Shown: piece by piece, positions 23,332 through 34,897 of the stretch
How the letters are laid out: each line of letters opens with the position of its first letter
How positions within the stretch are numbered: position 1 is the stretch's first letter
Assembly: GCA_054600435.1 (NCBI GenBank)
Contig: BAAIJX010000101.1
Coordinates: 1-42,829 of the forward strand
DNA length: 42,829 bases
Source: Neophaeotheca triangularis
Taxonomy: Eukaryota
Direction: 5' to 3'
Notes under the pieces: model-generated
Told to the model about the DNA's origin: nothing
Database searches by the model: none
What the model saw: only the letters and a program-made list of their open reading frames with translations
Made by a program: the position numbers and the translations under genes

Positions 23332-25934
23332 TCACGCATACCTCACCCCACCACCGCCGCCCGCTCTGGGAGCATAAGCCGGCGGAGGCACAGGCGGGCT
23401 GCTTCCCCAGCCTCCACCGCCTCCACCACCCCACCCATGATTCGGGTGGCCGTTGAACTGGCTCATACCCTGCCCAGACTGAGAAGCATAGTAGCCCTGA
23501 CCGGGCCGGGGGTCGTTGCGCCAACCTGTCCAGGAAGTCGGTGCGGGAGACGAGTGGATCTGCTGAACTTTCTGGTTGTGGCGGTTGCGGCGGCAACGGC
23601 GACAGCAGCAGCCAAGGATGGCGAAGAGGATCAGCGCGCCCACGCCGCTGCAGACGCCGATTACTATGGCTTTGTTGTCGTCGATCCAGCTGGAGATTTC
23701 GTCGCCGACGCTGGCACCTGTGCAGCGGCCCTGGAGGTGATGTGTTAGTGAGATGATTTGGGGGAAAGGATGGACAAGTTGGCACTTACGTTGTCGCACG
23801 TTCCGCCGCCGTTACAGGAGGTGCCGTCAAGGAAGTTTTGTTGCAGATTGTAGCATGTGTTTGGACCAAACTCTGGACTGGCGCAGCTTAGACGGCAATC
23901 GCTTGAGTCGCAGGCATAAGTGTCGTTGCCGGATGTATACATGGTGCCCATGATGCTCTTGCATTGCAGGTCCCTGCTCGTGCATTGTCCGGAAGCGCAT
24001 TGCAGACCGTCGCCGCAGTCATTGCCATCAGGAGCGGTAACGTCTTCTGGACAGCTGGAAGTGTCGCCACGACAGGTCTCTTCTGGATCACACTCGCCAG
24101 TCGATTCACGGCAGACGGTGCCGTTGGAGGCGAATTGGCAGTTGCGGCAACAATCCTCGTTGGCGTCATCGCAGACGGCCCCCGAGGCGAATTCGCAAGT
24201 TTCCGGGTTGCAGCAGCTGTTATCGTCGCAGCCTTGTGTGCCACCGCAATCGCACTCTTCGCCCTCTTCGACGATGCCGTTGCCGCATTGCTGACCAGTG
24301 ATGATATCCACGTTCCGGTTATCCGACAGGCAGCTGATGTCGATTGAATTACGCCCGATGCCGGCGCAAATATTGCCAACACTGCAAGGACTGAATGAGT
24401 CCACGCCGGAGGAAGTGGAGGGATTCATAATATACGCTTCACCTGCAGGACAGGTATTTTCCGAGAGCGGACAGCATTGTTGCGCACTCACGACGTTGGA
24501 CTGGGAGCATGTCCGGCTGGTACAGTCGTGCACGGCGCCGTACGTATGACCTGTTTCGTGGGCGATAATCTGCCACTCGTTTGCGCCTGATGTGCGGATA
24601 ACGACATTGGCGCCACTAGTCGTCTCGACACCAGAAGCACCATTGCCGGTGCTGACGTTGTTGTCGTTGGTGCCGTGAACACAAGCCTGGCTCATCCACG
24701 CGAGGCCGACCGCAGATCCCGTTCCACACGTTGAAAGCAATGTCCAATGACTAAAGGTGTCGTCGAGCGTTCCGCGCCATCTGGAAAACATGTTAAGACG
24801 ATCCTGGATCTCCACGGAGTCGCTGCACGCTTGGTTCCATTCGGTAGCTTCGGCCGGCGTGCCTGGGCAGTCTTCATCGATGATGGTCATGTCGCCTAGA
24901 CCAAGAGAAATGTTAAAGGTGCTCTCCCAGATACCAGACGCCGTGTTCATCTGAGAAATAACATTCTCCCTCACGCCCGTCTCGTTCTTGTTGAAGTCAT
25001 TGTAGTAGTTGCAGTCAGTCGCAACGCCAACAAGCGCGACCTTTTTAGTATCAGGACACCCTTGAGCATTGCCAATGTTGTCAATGAGGTTGACGCCAGC
25101 ACTGGCGCCGTCTCCTCCATCAATCTGCCTCTTGCCCAACCCAAGCAAATTCGAGAAATCCATCACACCCCAGTTCTTGTCCTGCCTTCTTCGCAACATC
25201 CTATTCATGGGATTCTCGGGAATGGCGTTGAAACTCAGCTCATCCGACGCACAAATCGGGGCACCGTCATCGTCCTCTGCCTCCCTCCTCTTCAACTCCT
25301 CATGGCCGTAAAGCTCCTCATCCCCCAAGATATCTGAATTCCGCCACATTACCAGGTACTCCTCATCCCTGCTCGCGGCAACCTCCACCTCAGGATCCAT
25401 CGCATGCCGGGTACGCGCGTAATTGTGCGAGGTTTGAATGTGATGGTGATCACCTTCCACGCTGAAAGAGCCTTCGAAGATTGGGTTTTTGCCCTCACGG
25501 CTCACCAAACACCTTGCCCAGCCCGTGCGTCGCCACTTTCCATTTTCACCGTATCGCATCCACGAGCTGCCCTTGTAGACTCGGTGGGCTAGCCTGTCCA
25601 GGCGCTCTCGCCGCTTCACCGTGCCGTCGGAAGAGAGATATGTGATTCGCGAATCGTCGCCCAGGATGTCGGGGTTGGGCTCGAGGTGAAACTTGACGTG
25701 GACATCATCGGAAGCGCCGAGGATGAAGGTCAGGTCGAATTTTGATAGCGCGGTTAGGCGGTGTTTGTGGGTGTGTATTGTGGCGTTTTGCACCGTCGAG
25801 AGCGCTGCTAGGGGGTTGCGGCTTTGGGAGTGTGCGGTCGTGAAGGTGGCGAAGAAGGTGAGGCAAAGTAGGAGGAGGGCCCAGAGAGTGTTTTGCCGCT
25901 GTGGGCTGCCGCACTGCATGGTGGGCGCCTTCAT
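23332..25934 (-). CDS. Fungal ADAM (disintegrin and metalloprotease, ADM-B type); join(25934..23790, 23730..23332), ~847 aa
   Basis: Signal peptide, prodomain with dibasic RR/KR sites, zinc motif HETGHTYGAVHD and Met-turn YIMNP. Disintegrin CGNGIVEEGEECDCG..CRESTGECDPEETC, Cys-rich region, a TM helix and a Pro/Gly-rich tail. The track start 25937 is TTG; the first ATG is 25934. Confidence 0.94.
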
Positions 25935-26151
25935 CAAGGGGTGGGAGGTGTGTGGCGAAGTGTTATTGCGCGATCATGCGGTGGAGTGGAAGTTGGTTGT
26001 GAGTGGTAGAAAGGTGTCGTCAATTATTCTTCAAGTGGTGACTTGTGTAGTTTCGGTTAATGCGAGCGAGCGAGCGGGCGGAAAGGTCGAGGTTGAGTGA
26101 ATTGGTAGACGTAGGTGGCTGATTGTTAGTGAACCACGATGGCGAGAAGGG

Positions 26152-26183
26152 GAGAAGAGAGAAAGAGAGAGAGAGAGAGAGAG
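26152..26183. repeat. (GA)n microsatellite
   Basis: gagaagagagaaagagagagagagagagagag read directly. Confidence 0.85.
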
Positions 26184-26471
26184 TGGTAGGGCGTAGCAAA
26201 GTGTACGAAAGTGTATGCGTCAGCTAAGGTAGTAGGTAGCAGTACGGTAAGCAGTGAGGTTGGATTCGAGGCGCAGTAGTAGTGAGTGTTGGTTGTCGTT
26301 GCAGTTGCAGAGAAGGCAAAGGCGAAGGCGAAGTCGTCGTCGCCAACTCCAACTGCCAAGCCACCTCGTCCTCTTCCTCCACTGCCGCCCGGCCGGAACT
26401 CGCATCCGACATGTGAGAGAGCCTTTGTGCACCCCACGTCTCTGTTTAAGCGCCGCCGCCTGTTCGCCCGA

Positions 26472-26514
26472 TGTCCTGTCATGTCCTGTCCTGTCCTGTC
26501 CTGTCATGTCATGT
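26472..26514. repeat. (TGTCC/TGTCA)n pentanucleotide repeat
   Basis: tgtcctgtcatgtcctgtcctgtcctgtcctgtcatgtcatgt read directly. Confidence 0.85.
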
Positions 26515-27137
26515 TCTTATTGATCTCTTTGTTCTTTTTCTAAAAAGGACAGAAAATTACTCTTATTCCTGCTTATGCTCCTTCCCATGCATTTTGTCAT
26601 TGTTGTAGTTGTGAATGTAATGGTAATCGTATTTGTCACTATAATAATCGTTCATTACCAAAAAAGAAACAAACCCTCCCTCGTAAATAACCCAATCAAA
26701 CTAACCCGGCCTGTTCTTGCCCTTATGCAAAAGCCAAGTGACCGTTGCTTGGGACGATTGCGCGTTGTGCACTGGGCGCCCGTCACCACTTGCGCTGCAT
26801 CTGGGCTGACATACTGACATGCACACGTGCCTACTACTGCGGCAGTCCAGCCTTACGAAACAAACCTACGCATTAAGGTAGGTACCTACGAGATATGGAG
26901 GAAGAACCGACAAAATGACATGAATCGTGATGGAAAATGGCAAGATTCCCATCGTACTTCGGGGAAGACTACCAAAATCTACACGACGTAGCACCAACAT
27001 TCGTCAGAGAACAGGTAGGTATATTCAAGAGCTCGTAGCATAACCGTAACTTCATCACAGCCCGAGTATGTCGACATCATGTTGACAGCAAAATATTCCT
27101 CCCAAAACTTAGGTCCACTCATATTTCCTTTACTACC

Positions 27138-29249
27138 TCATTTCTTCCCCTCCTTGACAACCTTGATGATAGTATCCACCACCGACGGATCCGCCAGCGT
27201 CGACGTGTCACCCAAGCTATCCTCCTCTCCGCTGAGAATCTTGCGCAAGATTCGGCGCATAATCTTGCCAGACCGTGTCTTGGGCAGGTCTGGAATCACA
27301 AACACCGCCTTGGGAGCGGCAAAAGGCCCGATGCTCTTGCGTACCTGCATGATCAGGTCTTTGCGTAGAGCGTCGTTGGCTTCGTTGCCTTCCTTGATGG
27401 AGACGAAGGCGTTGACGGCCTGGCCCGTCAGCTCGTCGGTGATGCCCACCACGGCGGCCTCGCCGACGGCTGAGTGCTCGATCAAGGCTGCCTCGATTTC
27501 GGATGTGGATAGACGGTGGCCCGAGACGTTGACAACGTCGTCGACGCGCCCGCGGATCCAGTAGTAGCCTTCCGAGTCTCGCGCCGCGCCGTCACCCGTG
27601 AAGTAATAGCCCTTGTACACGGTGAGGTAGGTTTCCATGTAACGCTTGTGCGCGCCCCAGACGGTGCGGGCCATGGAGGGCCAGGGCTTCTTGAAGGCCA
27701 GCACGCCTTCGACGTCATTGCCGTGCAGTTCTTCACCGCTGACAGGGTCGATGATGGCGGGCTCGATACCGAAGAAGGGGAGCGAGGCGCTGCCGGGTTT
27801 GGTCGGCGTTACACCTGCCATGGGCGAGATGACGTGAGAGCCCGTCTCAGTCTGCCAGTATGTCTGGAAAGGGTTGTTAGTATGTGCTGATTTTCAAGGA
27901 ATGCTGCTGCGATACTTACATCAACAATGTGTGCCTCTTGCTTGCCGACAATCTCGTGGTACCACTTCCAGACATCGGGAGCGATCGGCTCACCAACGGA
28001 ACCCAGCACTCTCAACTTGTCCATCTTGTGCTTCACATGCTCATCACAGGCTCGCTTCAGCAGTCTGAGCGCGGTCGGAGCAACGTAAAACTGCGTAACG
28101 GCGTGCTTTTCGCACACATCCCAGTACCTGCTGAAGTTGGGGTAGGCTGGGGTGCCCTCAAAGACAATCGTGCCAATACCCAGGAGCAGAGGTGCGTACA
28201 CGACGTACGTGTGGCCGGTGATCCAGCCAACGTCGCCACCACAGAAGAAGCGGTCGTCATCGTGAATGTCGAACACGTACTTGCCAGTGGCAGCCGCGCC
28301 GAGCAGGTACCCGGCAGTGGTGTGCATGACACCCTTGGGCTTGCCCGTGGAGCCAGAGGTGTACAGCAGAAAGAGGGGGTCTTCCGCGGCCATTGGCTCC
28401 GGAGGAATATACGCAGGCCACTTCTCCATCTCTTCGTGCCACCAGAGGTCTCTGCCCTCGGTCATTGGCACCTCAGCGCCGGTGCGCTTGTACACCAAGC
28501 AGTGAGTGACATCTGGGCACTGCTTGAGCGCCTCGTCGACAATCTTCTTGGTGCCAATGAGCTTGCCACCGCGCTTGCCCTCGTCGGTTGTGATGCAGAC
28601 CTTGCTCTTGGCGTCGATGATGCGGTCGCGGAGCGAGTCGGAGCTGAATCCGGCAAAAACGACGCTGTGGATGGCGCCGATACGTGTGCAGGCGAGGAAG
28701 GCGAAGATGGCTTCGGGAATCATGGGAAGGTACAGGGCGACGGTCTCACCCTTTTGGACACCCGCCTGCTTGAGCACGTGGGAGAGTTTGCAGACTTCGC
28801 GGAGTAGCTCGCCGTAGGTGATTGTGCGGCCCTCGTTCTCTTCGTCGGCTTCGAAGATGATGGCTGGTTTGTTGGGGTTCTTGACTGCGTGGCGGTCAAT
28901 GCAGTTGTACGAGGCGTTGAGGCGGCCCTCGAGGAACCACGAGGCATCGCCGTTTTCCAGGGAGCCCGCCTGAACAGTCTGGAAGTCACGGTCCCACGAG
29001 AGGAGATCGCGAGCCATCTTGCCCCAGAACTTGTCGGGGTCTTCAATGGACTGCTTGTACATGTCCTGGTATTGGTTGACATGGTCAATGTGCGGCTTTT
29101 TCGGGTGCTTGCTGTGGGATTGTCAGGATTGAGTTGCGCTTGAGGCTGTTGCAAACTCACTCTCTGAATGCCTGTGGCACGTCGTATTTGACGGCATGCT
29201 GAGACTCGTGGATGCCACCAGAGGGCGGCATCTGAGAACCCTCAGACAT
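27138..29249 (-). CDS. facA: Acetyl-CoA synthetase (acetate-CoA ligase); join(29249..29161, 29111..27920, 27863..27138), 668 aa
   Basis: AMP-binding motif [11 protein letters not shown], plus [33 protein letters not shown] and [11 protein letters not shown]. Two GT-AG introns (29112-29160, 27864-27919). Confidence 0.96.
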
Positions 29250-29666
29250 GGTGGGTGTGGGATTAGTAGTAGTAAGCTTTTGTGGTGTCCTAACGAGGTG
29301 GTGTTAAGAGTTCGCCTCAGAGACTTGTGTGGAAAGCGTACAGCGGGAGAGGGTGTTTGTGGAGAGTAGTTGAAAGATGGAGACGACGAGCTCGAGGGGC
29401 CGGTCTGTAATATGTAATCTCGCTGCTGTGGTTCGGCAGCTTGGGAGGACTAGCGGGTTACTACTATGGTAGAGCCCGAGGATGATGCAGTACTGGTACT
29501 CTAGTACCGGCGGTCGGATGTCTTCAACAAGTGGCTTTGGGCCAGCCGGATCAAGGGAGGGACGGGGGAGTGGAGGTGGTACTGTAAATGATTTAATTTG
29601 TATTCGTTTTGTCTGCTTTCTTTCCTGTTGGCTCGGGTGCTCTGCTCGAGGATATATGGGGAAAGC

Positions 29667-29900
29667 AGGAGGGGGAGGAGGAGGAGGAGGAGGATGATGA
29701 GGAGGATTTGCGTCCAGATTGACAAGGGCTCCTCTCGTATAATAGTAGTGAATGATATCAGTAGTAGTTTCTACCGTCGTGTGCTGTGCTGTGCTGTGCT
29801 GTGCTGTGACGAACCTGGCGAGCGACCGTTTTTCTACTCGGCTTTCGGTCTTCTGGGAAGCTCTACCTTACCTCCTAGTGCTCCTACCTCCTAGTGCTCC
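29667..29900. repeat. Simple-repeat patch: (GGA)n, (GTGCT)5 and a 16-bp tandem duplication
   Basis: (GGA)n at 29667-29706; (GTGCT)5 at 29781-29805; TACCTCCTAGTGCTCC x2 at 29869-29900. Confidence 0.85.
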
Positions 29901-30829
29901 TAGCAGCTGCACCAGCCAGCAGCTTCAGCTTTGCTTTCCCCGCTGTCCCGCACCATCTAATAGTGGGGCACTTGATCAATTCAGGTTCCTTCTGGCCGGA
30001 TGTGGCTTGGCAGTCATGGCTGACGGAGATCCAAGACAATTCATTGCAAGGTTGTTTAGAAACCGGGCATTGCATTGCATTACATTACTCAGGCATTAGG
30101 TAGGTAGGTACCTATATTGGTTGGGGGGTGTGCGTGGGGGTGGTGGGGGAGATGAGGGCGGCCTTAAGGGGTTGACCGTAGCAGAGACGGAGCTACATAC
30201 ATAGTAACCTGATCTTCTACAGGGCTGGGTCGAGGACTGAGGTGGAGTTCCTGCCAAGACCGATGATGTAGTGGGGTGGGACAAGTAGCAACCACCCCGC
30301 CTGCACCTCCCGAGGTCAATGTGAATAATAAGAGGTGGGCGGCGAATTTTGGTGTTGGAGGACTCGGCGTTTGAACGCGCTCTCGGTTCGAGGAACGCGA
30401 CTGATGATCAATAATAACATCGAATTTCCCGGCGGACTCTTTCGCTACTCACTCCATTCACATTGACTGCACAGGTGTCTGTTGGTGGAATGAATACTGT
30501 AGGCCATTATTGAGAATGCCTCTCTCGAGGCTCAATACAGTACCTAAGTAAATGGAAGTAGGTAAGCTGCTGCTCCGGGCCAACGTCGGAATTAGTCGCC
30601 GTGTTTACATGAGGTACATGTTCCCATAAACTTCACATTCCACGACCATCGGGACTCCCCAATAGCAACCGCCCACTTCCTTTCATTCCCTGCCAAACCA
30701 TGAATCGAATCTTAACGAAACCGACAATGTCATGACACCAATGGTCCAAGTCAGTTGGCATCTTCCTCGAAATCCTTGGTATAGTCGAAGACGTCGACGA
30801 CGCTCCTCCGCATCTTCTCTCCAACCAGG

Positions 30830-33800
30830 ATGAATCACTCCAACCTTGGCCTGACGCCTCAGAACTCGCCCTTTTACAAGAGTCCTACACCGAAATCACC
30901 GACAAAATCCATCAAAGTCGATGAAGCAGGTCTTTTTTTGCGCAAAGTCATTGGCACCACCACAGACTCGGCCCATGGCTTCGATCACCTATCATCAAAA
31001 CGATGCTTTGCCTACCTTGCCGGTGCCGCGGCCGTCATGGCCTCATTCGATAACGACTTAAACCTATCTCAGCGATTCTTCCGCGCCAGGCCTTGCTATG
31101 GTGAAAACGATTCACACAGTCAATGGGGAGTATCATCGCCGAGCCCTCTGGCAACGCGGCATCGAACGTTTGGCGGAGTGAGAGAAGGTAGCGTGGGCGC
31201 GTCACCGCTGGGACAATCCGTCAGAGATGCAACAGATTCGCCTACTGCGGGAAAGAGCTCGAGCGCAAAGGATCGGGTGAAGGCTCTCACTTCTATTGCT
31301 TTGAGTCCCAATGGCAAGTGGTTGGCTGTGGGCGAGACAGGCTACAAGCCAAGGATACTCGTCTTTTCCATCGCAGATGATTGGTCCGAAAGCCCTGTTG
31401 CAACCATATCCGAACATACCTTTGGGGTTCACGCGCTGGCTTTTAGCCACGACTCACGATATCTGGCCTCGCTGGGTACAGTGAATGATGGGTTCCTACA
31501 TGTCTGGAGCGTTGACGGACGGAGCGGGAGCGCTGTCCTACACGCGAGCAATAAGTGCACAGTCGCCATTCGGGCTATGGTGTGGCTGGGGAGTAATATT
31601 GTCACCGCAGGGCTTCGGCATGTCAAAGTCTGGAGACTGGACGACATGGCCACTGTCGATTCAAAGCCATTGGACGCCAGTAACGGAATGCTTACACCGA
31701 GACATCGTCAAGAAAGAGAAAGCCGAAGCTGCGAGTTTGGCAACAGTGTTTTGAGCCCACGACAGAAGGTTTTGGAAGGGAAAAATAGTCTTTTGGGCGA
31801 GTTGCTGGACGCAAACTTCATCTCCATATCCGGAATATCATCGAGTGCCGCGATATTGTGTAGCGACTCTGGCGAGGTTTGTCTCTTGGATGATGCGGAG
31901 AAGAAGCAGAGCATTACCCTCGTCGCCGAAGTAGGGTTTGCAATCACGGCCGCTTGTATCGACAACTCTCGCAGACTTCAAGTCAAAGGTCGAGATGGTG
32001 AAATGCAAGGTTTGTCTGTTGACGACTTGGTCAAGACGTCAACAGCATTCAAGCGGAGCGGCAGTACTACGCCCACTAATGTCGGGCGTCCAAATAGTGT
32101 CGAGGTCAACGCTGTGGCCTTTGTTGAGGACGTCGAAATTGCCATCAACTCGCAGAGAACTATAAGCTTAACAAGATCGACTGGCGATGATTCCGAACTT
32201 GTCGCACATGGAGACGCAGCTATTGGGACCCGACCTTTCAATTCAACCGTGCATCCCAATGTCGACATTCTTAGCTTTTCTGCGGATGGTAATGTTATGC
32301 TGTGGGACCGTGACGGCATCTGCGCCAGCAAATTGCAAGTCCTGGTCGAGCCCCTAGATGAAATTTATGGCCTTGAAAATCAGCTCAAAGCCGTCTCGGC
32401 TTTTGCAGACGGCTCGATGATCGCCGCTGCTGACCGGTATGGAATTCTTAGCATTCTGGATGTGGAGTCGAAGGAGACCTTGAACCGCCATCGCGCCCAT
32501 TCAGCAGAGGTCATGGACGTTGCTACGTACGACGCATCTCTTATCGCTACCGCTGGTAGGGATCGAACAGTGCAGCTGTTTGCTTGGCGAGAGAAGTCTC
32601 TTGAGCTTCTTCAAACCATGGACGAACACGCTGGAGCAGTCACCGGCGTCATGTTTGCCCAAGGCGGAAGGCAGCTACTTTCTTGCTCCCCCGACCGCAG
32701 CGTTGTCGTACGTGAGGCCATACTGCGGGATGAACATGATCCATACTCGATTGCTTTCGTCATGCTCCGGGCGATTTCGTTGAAGTCAAGCCCCACTTCA
32801 ATGTGCCTGACGGAGAACAGCAATACCATCATAGTGGCCACAACCGATCGCTGGGTTGGGAGGTACAATACCAAGACTGGACAATTGAGCAACAGCTTCA
32901 AATGTTCCGATTCGGACGGAGGCGAGGCGGTCATAGCCACAAAGGTCTTGTTTTCGTCGTCCCTCAATGGCAGTCCCACTATTATCGTCGTATCTAGCAG
33001 CGACAAGTCTGTCAGGCTGTACACGGAACACGGCTCGCTCGTTGCACGCGACTGGGGCCACACCGAAGGCATTACCGATGCGGCGCTCATTTCCAATAGA
33101 CTGACGAGCGACAATTCTCCAAGCAAGCGGACGGGCGACAGTTCCCCAAGTCTAGTCACTGTCGCCGCCGACTCTACAATGTTCATTTGGAATACCCTAC
33201 CATCAGCGAGCAGCTTCGACCAATCGAGCAGCTTTGTAGACCAGTCTACACCAACCGAGCAAGCCATGCTCAACCCGCCTTTACGAAAGGTGATTTCTCA
33301 CTCTGAGCTCGCACGCACAAAACGAGAGAAGTCAGATCCAAATTCAGCCTCACCACCTCCGACCAGCGCACAACCATCTTCGCCCCAGCGAGTTCGAAAG
33401 AAAACATCGCGCATGTCAGTCGCTCAGCCTCCTCGTCTCGAACCTGCTTTTCGTTCGAGTTTTGCTGAGCCTTCGTCTCGTCGACAGTCTCTACGCCACA
33501 GGTCACCTTCACCACCTAGTCCTCGTACCGGCACTGCCGCCGTGAAACGCGAAGCCGCAAGAAGGCCGTCAGGCTTTAATAAACAACGGAGCAAGAGCAG
33601 CGAAAACGTCACCATTACACCTTCAACCTCCAACATCGACTCGGCCTCTTCGGAAGCCAGTAATCTCTCTGCCTCAACGGCTTCCCTTGTCCGCAATCTT
33701 CGTAGCTACCGCAGAAAATTCACCCTCCACAACCAACGAACATCCGACACCTCGGGTACTAACCACCTCTCTTCCGAAAGCCTTGTTGAACTACAAGAAG

Positions 33801-34108
33801 AACTCAAACTTACATTACGTGCTCTAAGCGATAACACACAACAGCGGCCTCGCAGTCAAACAAGTCATTCTCGGATTCAGAGTTCGGAGGGTAACGACGT
33901 TGAGGAAGCTATGATGGCGAAGCTACTTGATAGAGCTAGCGAGAAGATTGTGACCATGTTAGATGGGAGGATTAGGGAGAGGGTTGAGGTGGAGATGGAA
34001 AGTCGGAGAGTTAGGCAAGGAGAGGGTTCGATTAAAGAGGCGACGGGAGTTAGGGAGGGTGCCGAAAAGGAGAAGGGTACTAAAGGGACGTTACCGTTAA
34101 TAGATTAA
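30830..34108 (+). CDS. WD40-repeat protein, WDR62/MAPKBP1-like, 1092 aa, intronless
   Basis: Multiple WD repeats (LSPNGKWLAVGETG, HTFGVHALAFSHD, TAGRDRTVQLF, DEHAGAVTGV, WGHTEGITD), a Ser/Pro/Arg-rich linker and a helical C-terminus. Family assignment is from recalled motif similarity. Confidence 0.85.
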   Translation: MNHSNLGLTPQNSPFYKSPTPKSPTKSIKVDEAGLFLRKVIGTTTDSAHGFDHLSSKRCFAYLAGAAAVMASFDNDLNLSQRFFRARPCYGENDSHSQWGVSSPSPLATRHRTFGGVREGSVGASPLGQSVRDATDSPTAGKSSSAKDRVKALTSIALSPNGKWLAVGETGYKPRILVFSIADDWSESPVATISEHTFGVHALAFSHDSRYLASLGTVNDGFLHVWSVDGRSGSAVLHASNKCTVAIRAMVWLGSNIVTAGLRHVKVWRLDDMATVDSKPLDASNGMLTPRHRQERESRSCEFGNSVLSPRQKVLEGKNSLLGELLDANFISISGISSSAAILCSDSGEVCLLDDAEKKQSITLVAEVGFAITAACIDNSRRLQVKGRDGEMQGLSVDDLVKTSTAFKRSGSTTPTNVGRPNSVEVNAVAFVEDVEIAINSQRTISLTRSTGDDSELVAHGDAAIGTRPFNSTVHPNVDILSFSADGNVMLWDRDGICASKLQVLVEPLDEIYGLENQLKAVSAFADGSMIAAADRYGILSILDVESKETLNRHRAHSAEVMDVATYDASLIATAGRDRTVQLFAWREKSLELLQTMDEHAGAVTGVMFAQGGRQLLSCSPDRSVVVREAILRDEHDPYSIAFVMLRAISLKSSPTSMCLTENSNTIIVATTDRWVGRYNTKTGQLSNSFKCSDSDGGEAVIATKVLFSSSLNGSPTIIVVSSSDKSVRLYTEHGSLVARDWGHTEGITDAALISNRLTSDNSPSKRTGDSSPSLVTVAADSTMFIWNTLPSASSFDQSSSFVDQSTPTEQAMLNPPLRKVISHSELARTKREKSDPNSASPPPTSAQPSSPQRVRKKTSRMSVAQPPRLEPAFRSSFAEPSSRRQSLRHRSPSPPSPRTGTAAVKREAARRPSGFNKQRSKSSENVTITPSTSNIDSASSEASNLSASTASLVRNLRSYRRKFTLHNQRTSDTSGTNHLSSESLVELQEELKLTLRALSDNTQQRPRSQTSHSRIQSSEGNDVEEAMMAKLLDRASEKIVTMLDGRIRERVEVEMESRRVRQGEGSIKEATGVREGAEKEKGTKGTLPLID

Positions 34109-34546
34109 GAGTCGAAGAGTAGATGTAGCGCTCTAGCTGAATTTCCTTTTACAGTATAGCATATCTAGAGAGATTAGACTACGGTTTTTTTCTACGAGAC
34201 GTTAATCCCTAACCATAATGCCACGACTAAAACGGGGCACCTTAGTCTATTTCAGGTGAGGATTTTAGAGCGAAATATTAACGAGGGGGCAATTTGATTT
34301 AAGGAAAGGGGGGGATTCATAAGCGTTTATGGCGCGTCCTTGACTCTAGAGCGGAGCTTATGTACGAGATGGCGTGAGGTGGTGCGATGGTGTGCATGAT
34401 GGTGGTTACGTTCTGGTCTACTGATCGGGGCACACTTTCGACGCTGACCTTGGATATGTTGATGAATTGCGAGACGGTAATTTCGAACCTAGACGAGGAG
34501 TTTAGACTTTAGTTTTGTCTTAGGTAAGAGAAGGCGGCCGAGTACG

Positions 34547-34564
34547 AGGGTTCGGGTTAGGGTA
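34547..34564 (+). repeat. Short interstitial telomere-like tract
   Basis: AGGGTTCGGGTTAGGGTA, in the same orientation as the terminal array. Confidence 0.45.
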
Positions 34565-34651
34565 TCGACATAAGAGTAGCCCGACTGTGCCTGACCTCAC
34601 GCTACCCGTCGTACTACTCACCATTCACTACATACATAACACCTTTCAGAC

Positions 34652-34861
34652 GGGAACGTGAACTTGACACTCATCTTTTGGCCAGCCTCAACATCTTTGC
34701 ATGTAGCGGAGTCCTACTGTGTCGGCCAGTGGTCCCGCCGTCGTGCGCTATTAGCAGGGAACGTGAACTTGACACTCATCTTTTGGCCAGCCTCAACATC
34801 TTTGCATGTAGCGGAGTCCTACTGTGTCGGCCAGTGGTCCCGCCGTCGTGCGCTATTAGCA
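34652..34861. repeat. Perfect 105-bp direct tandem duplication (34652-34756, 34757-34861)
   Basis: Two identical copies, GGGAACGTGAACTTGACAC...GTGCGCTATTAGCA; also visible as a duplicated peptide in ORF 34658..34879. Confidence 0.97.
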
Positions 34862-34897
34862 GCAGGATATAGGCATTGATGAGTATCTCCAAAAAAC

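Noticed and set aside
20078..29249. MFS transporter and acetyl-CoA synthetase as members of the PKS cluster
   Set aside because: Both look like conserved core genes (an uptake-type MFS and canonical ACS). They are intact and separated from the relic by the WD40 gene, with nothing linking them to it.
34658..34879. ORFs with internally repeated peptides (RiPP-precursor-like)
   Set aside because: They result from the 105-bp DNA duplication, with non-ATG starts, no signal peptide and no Kex2-delimited cores.
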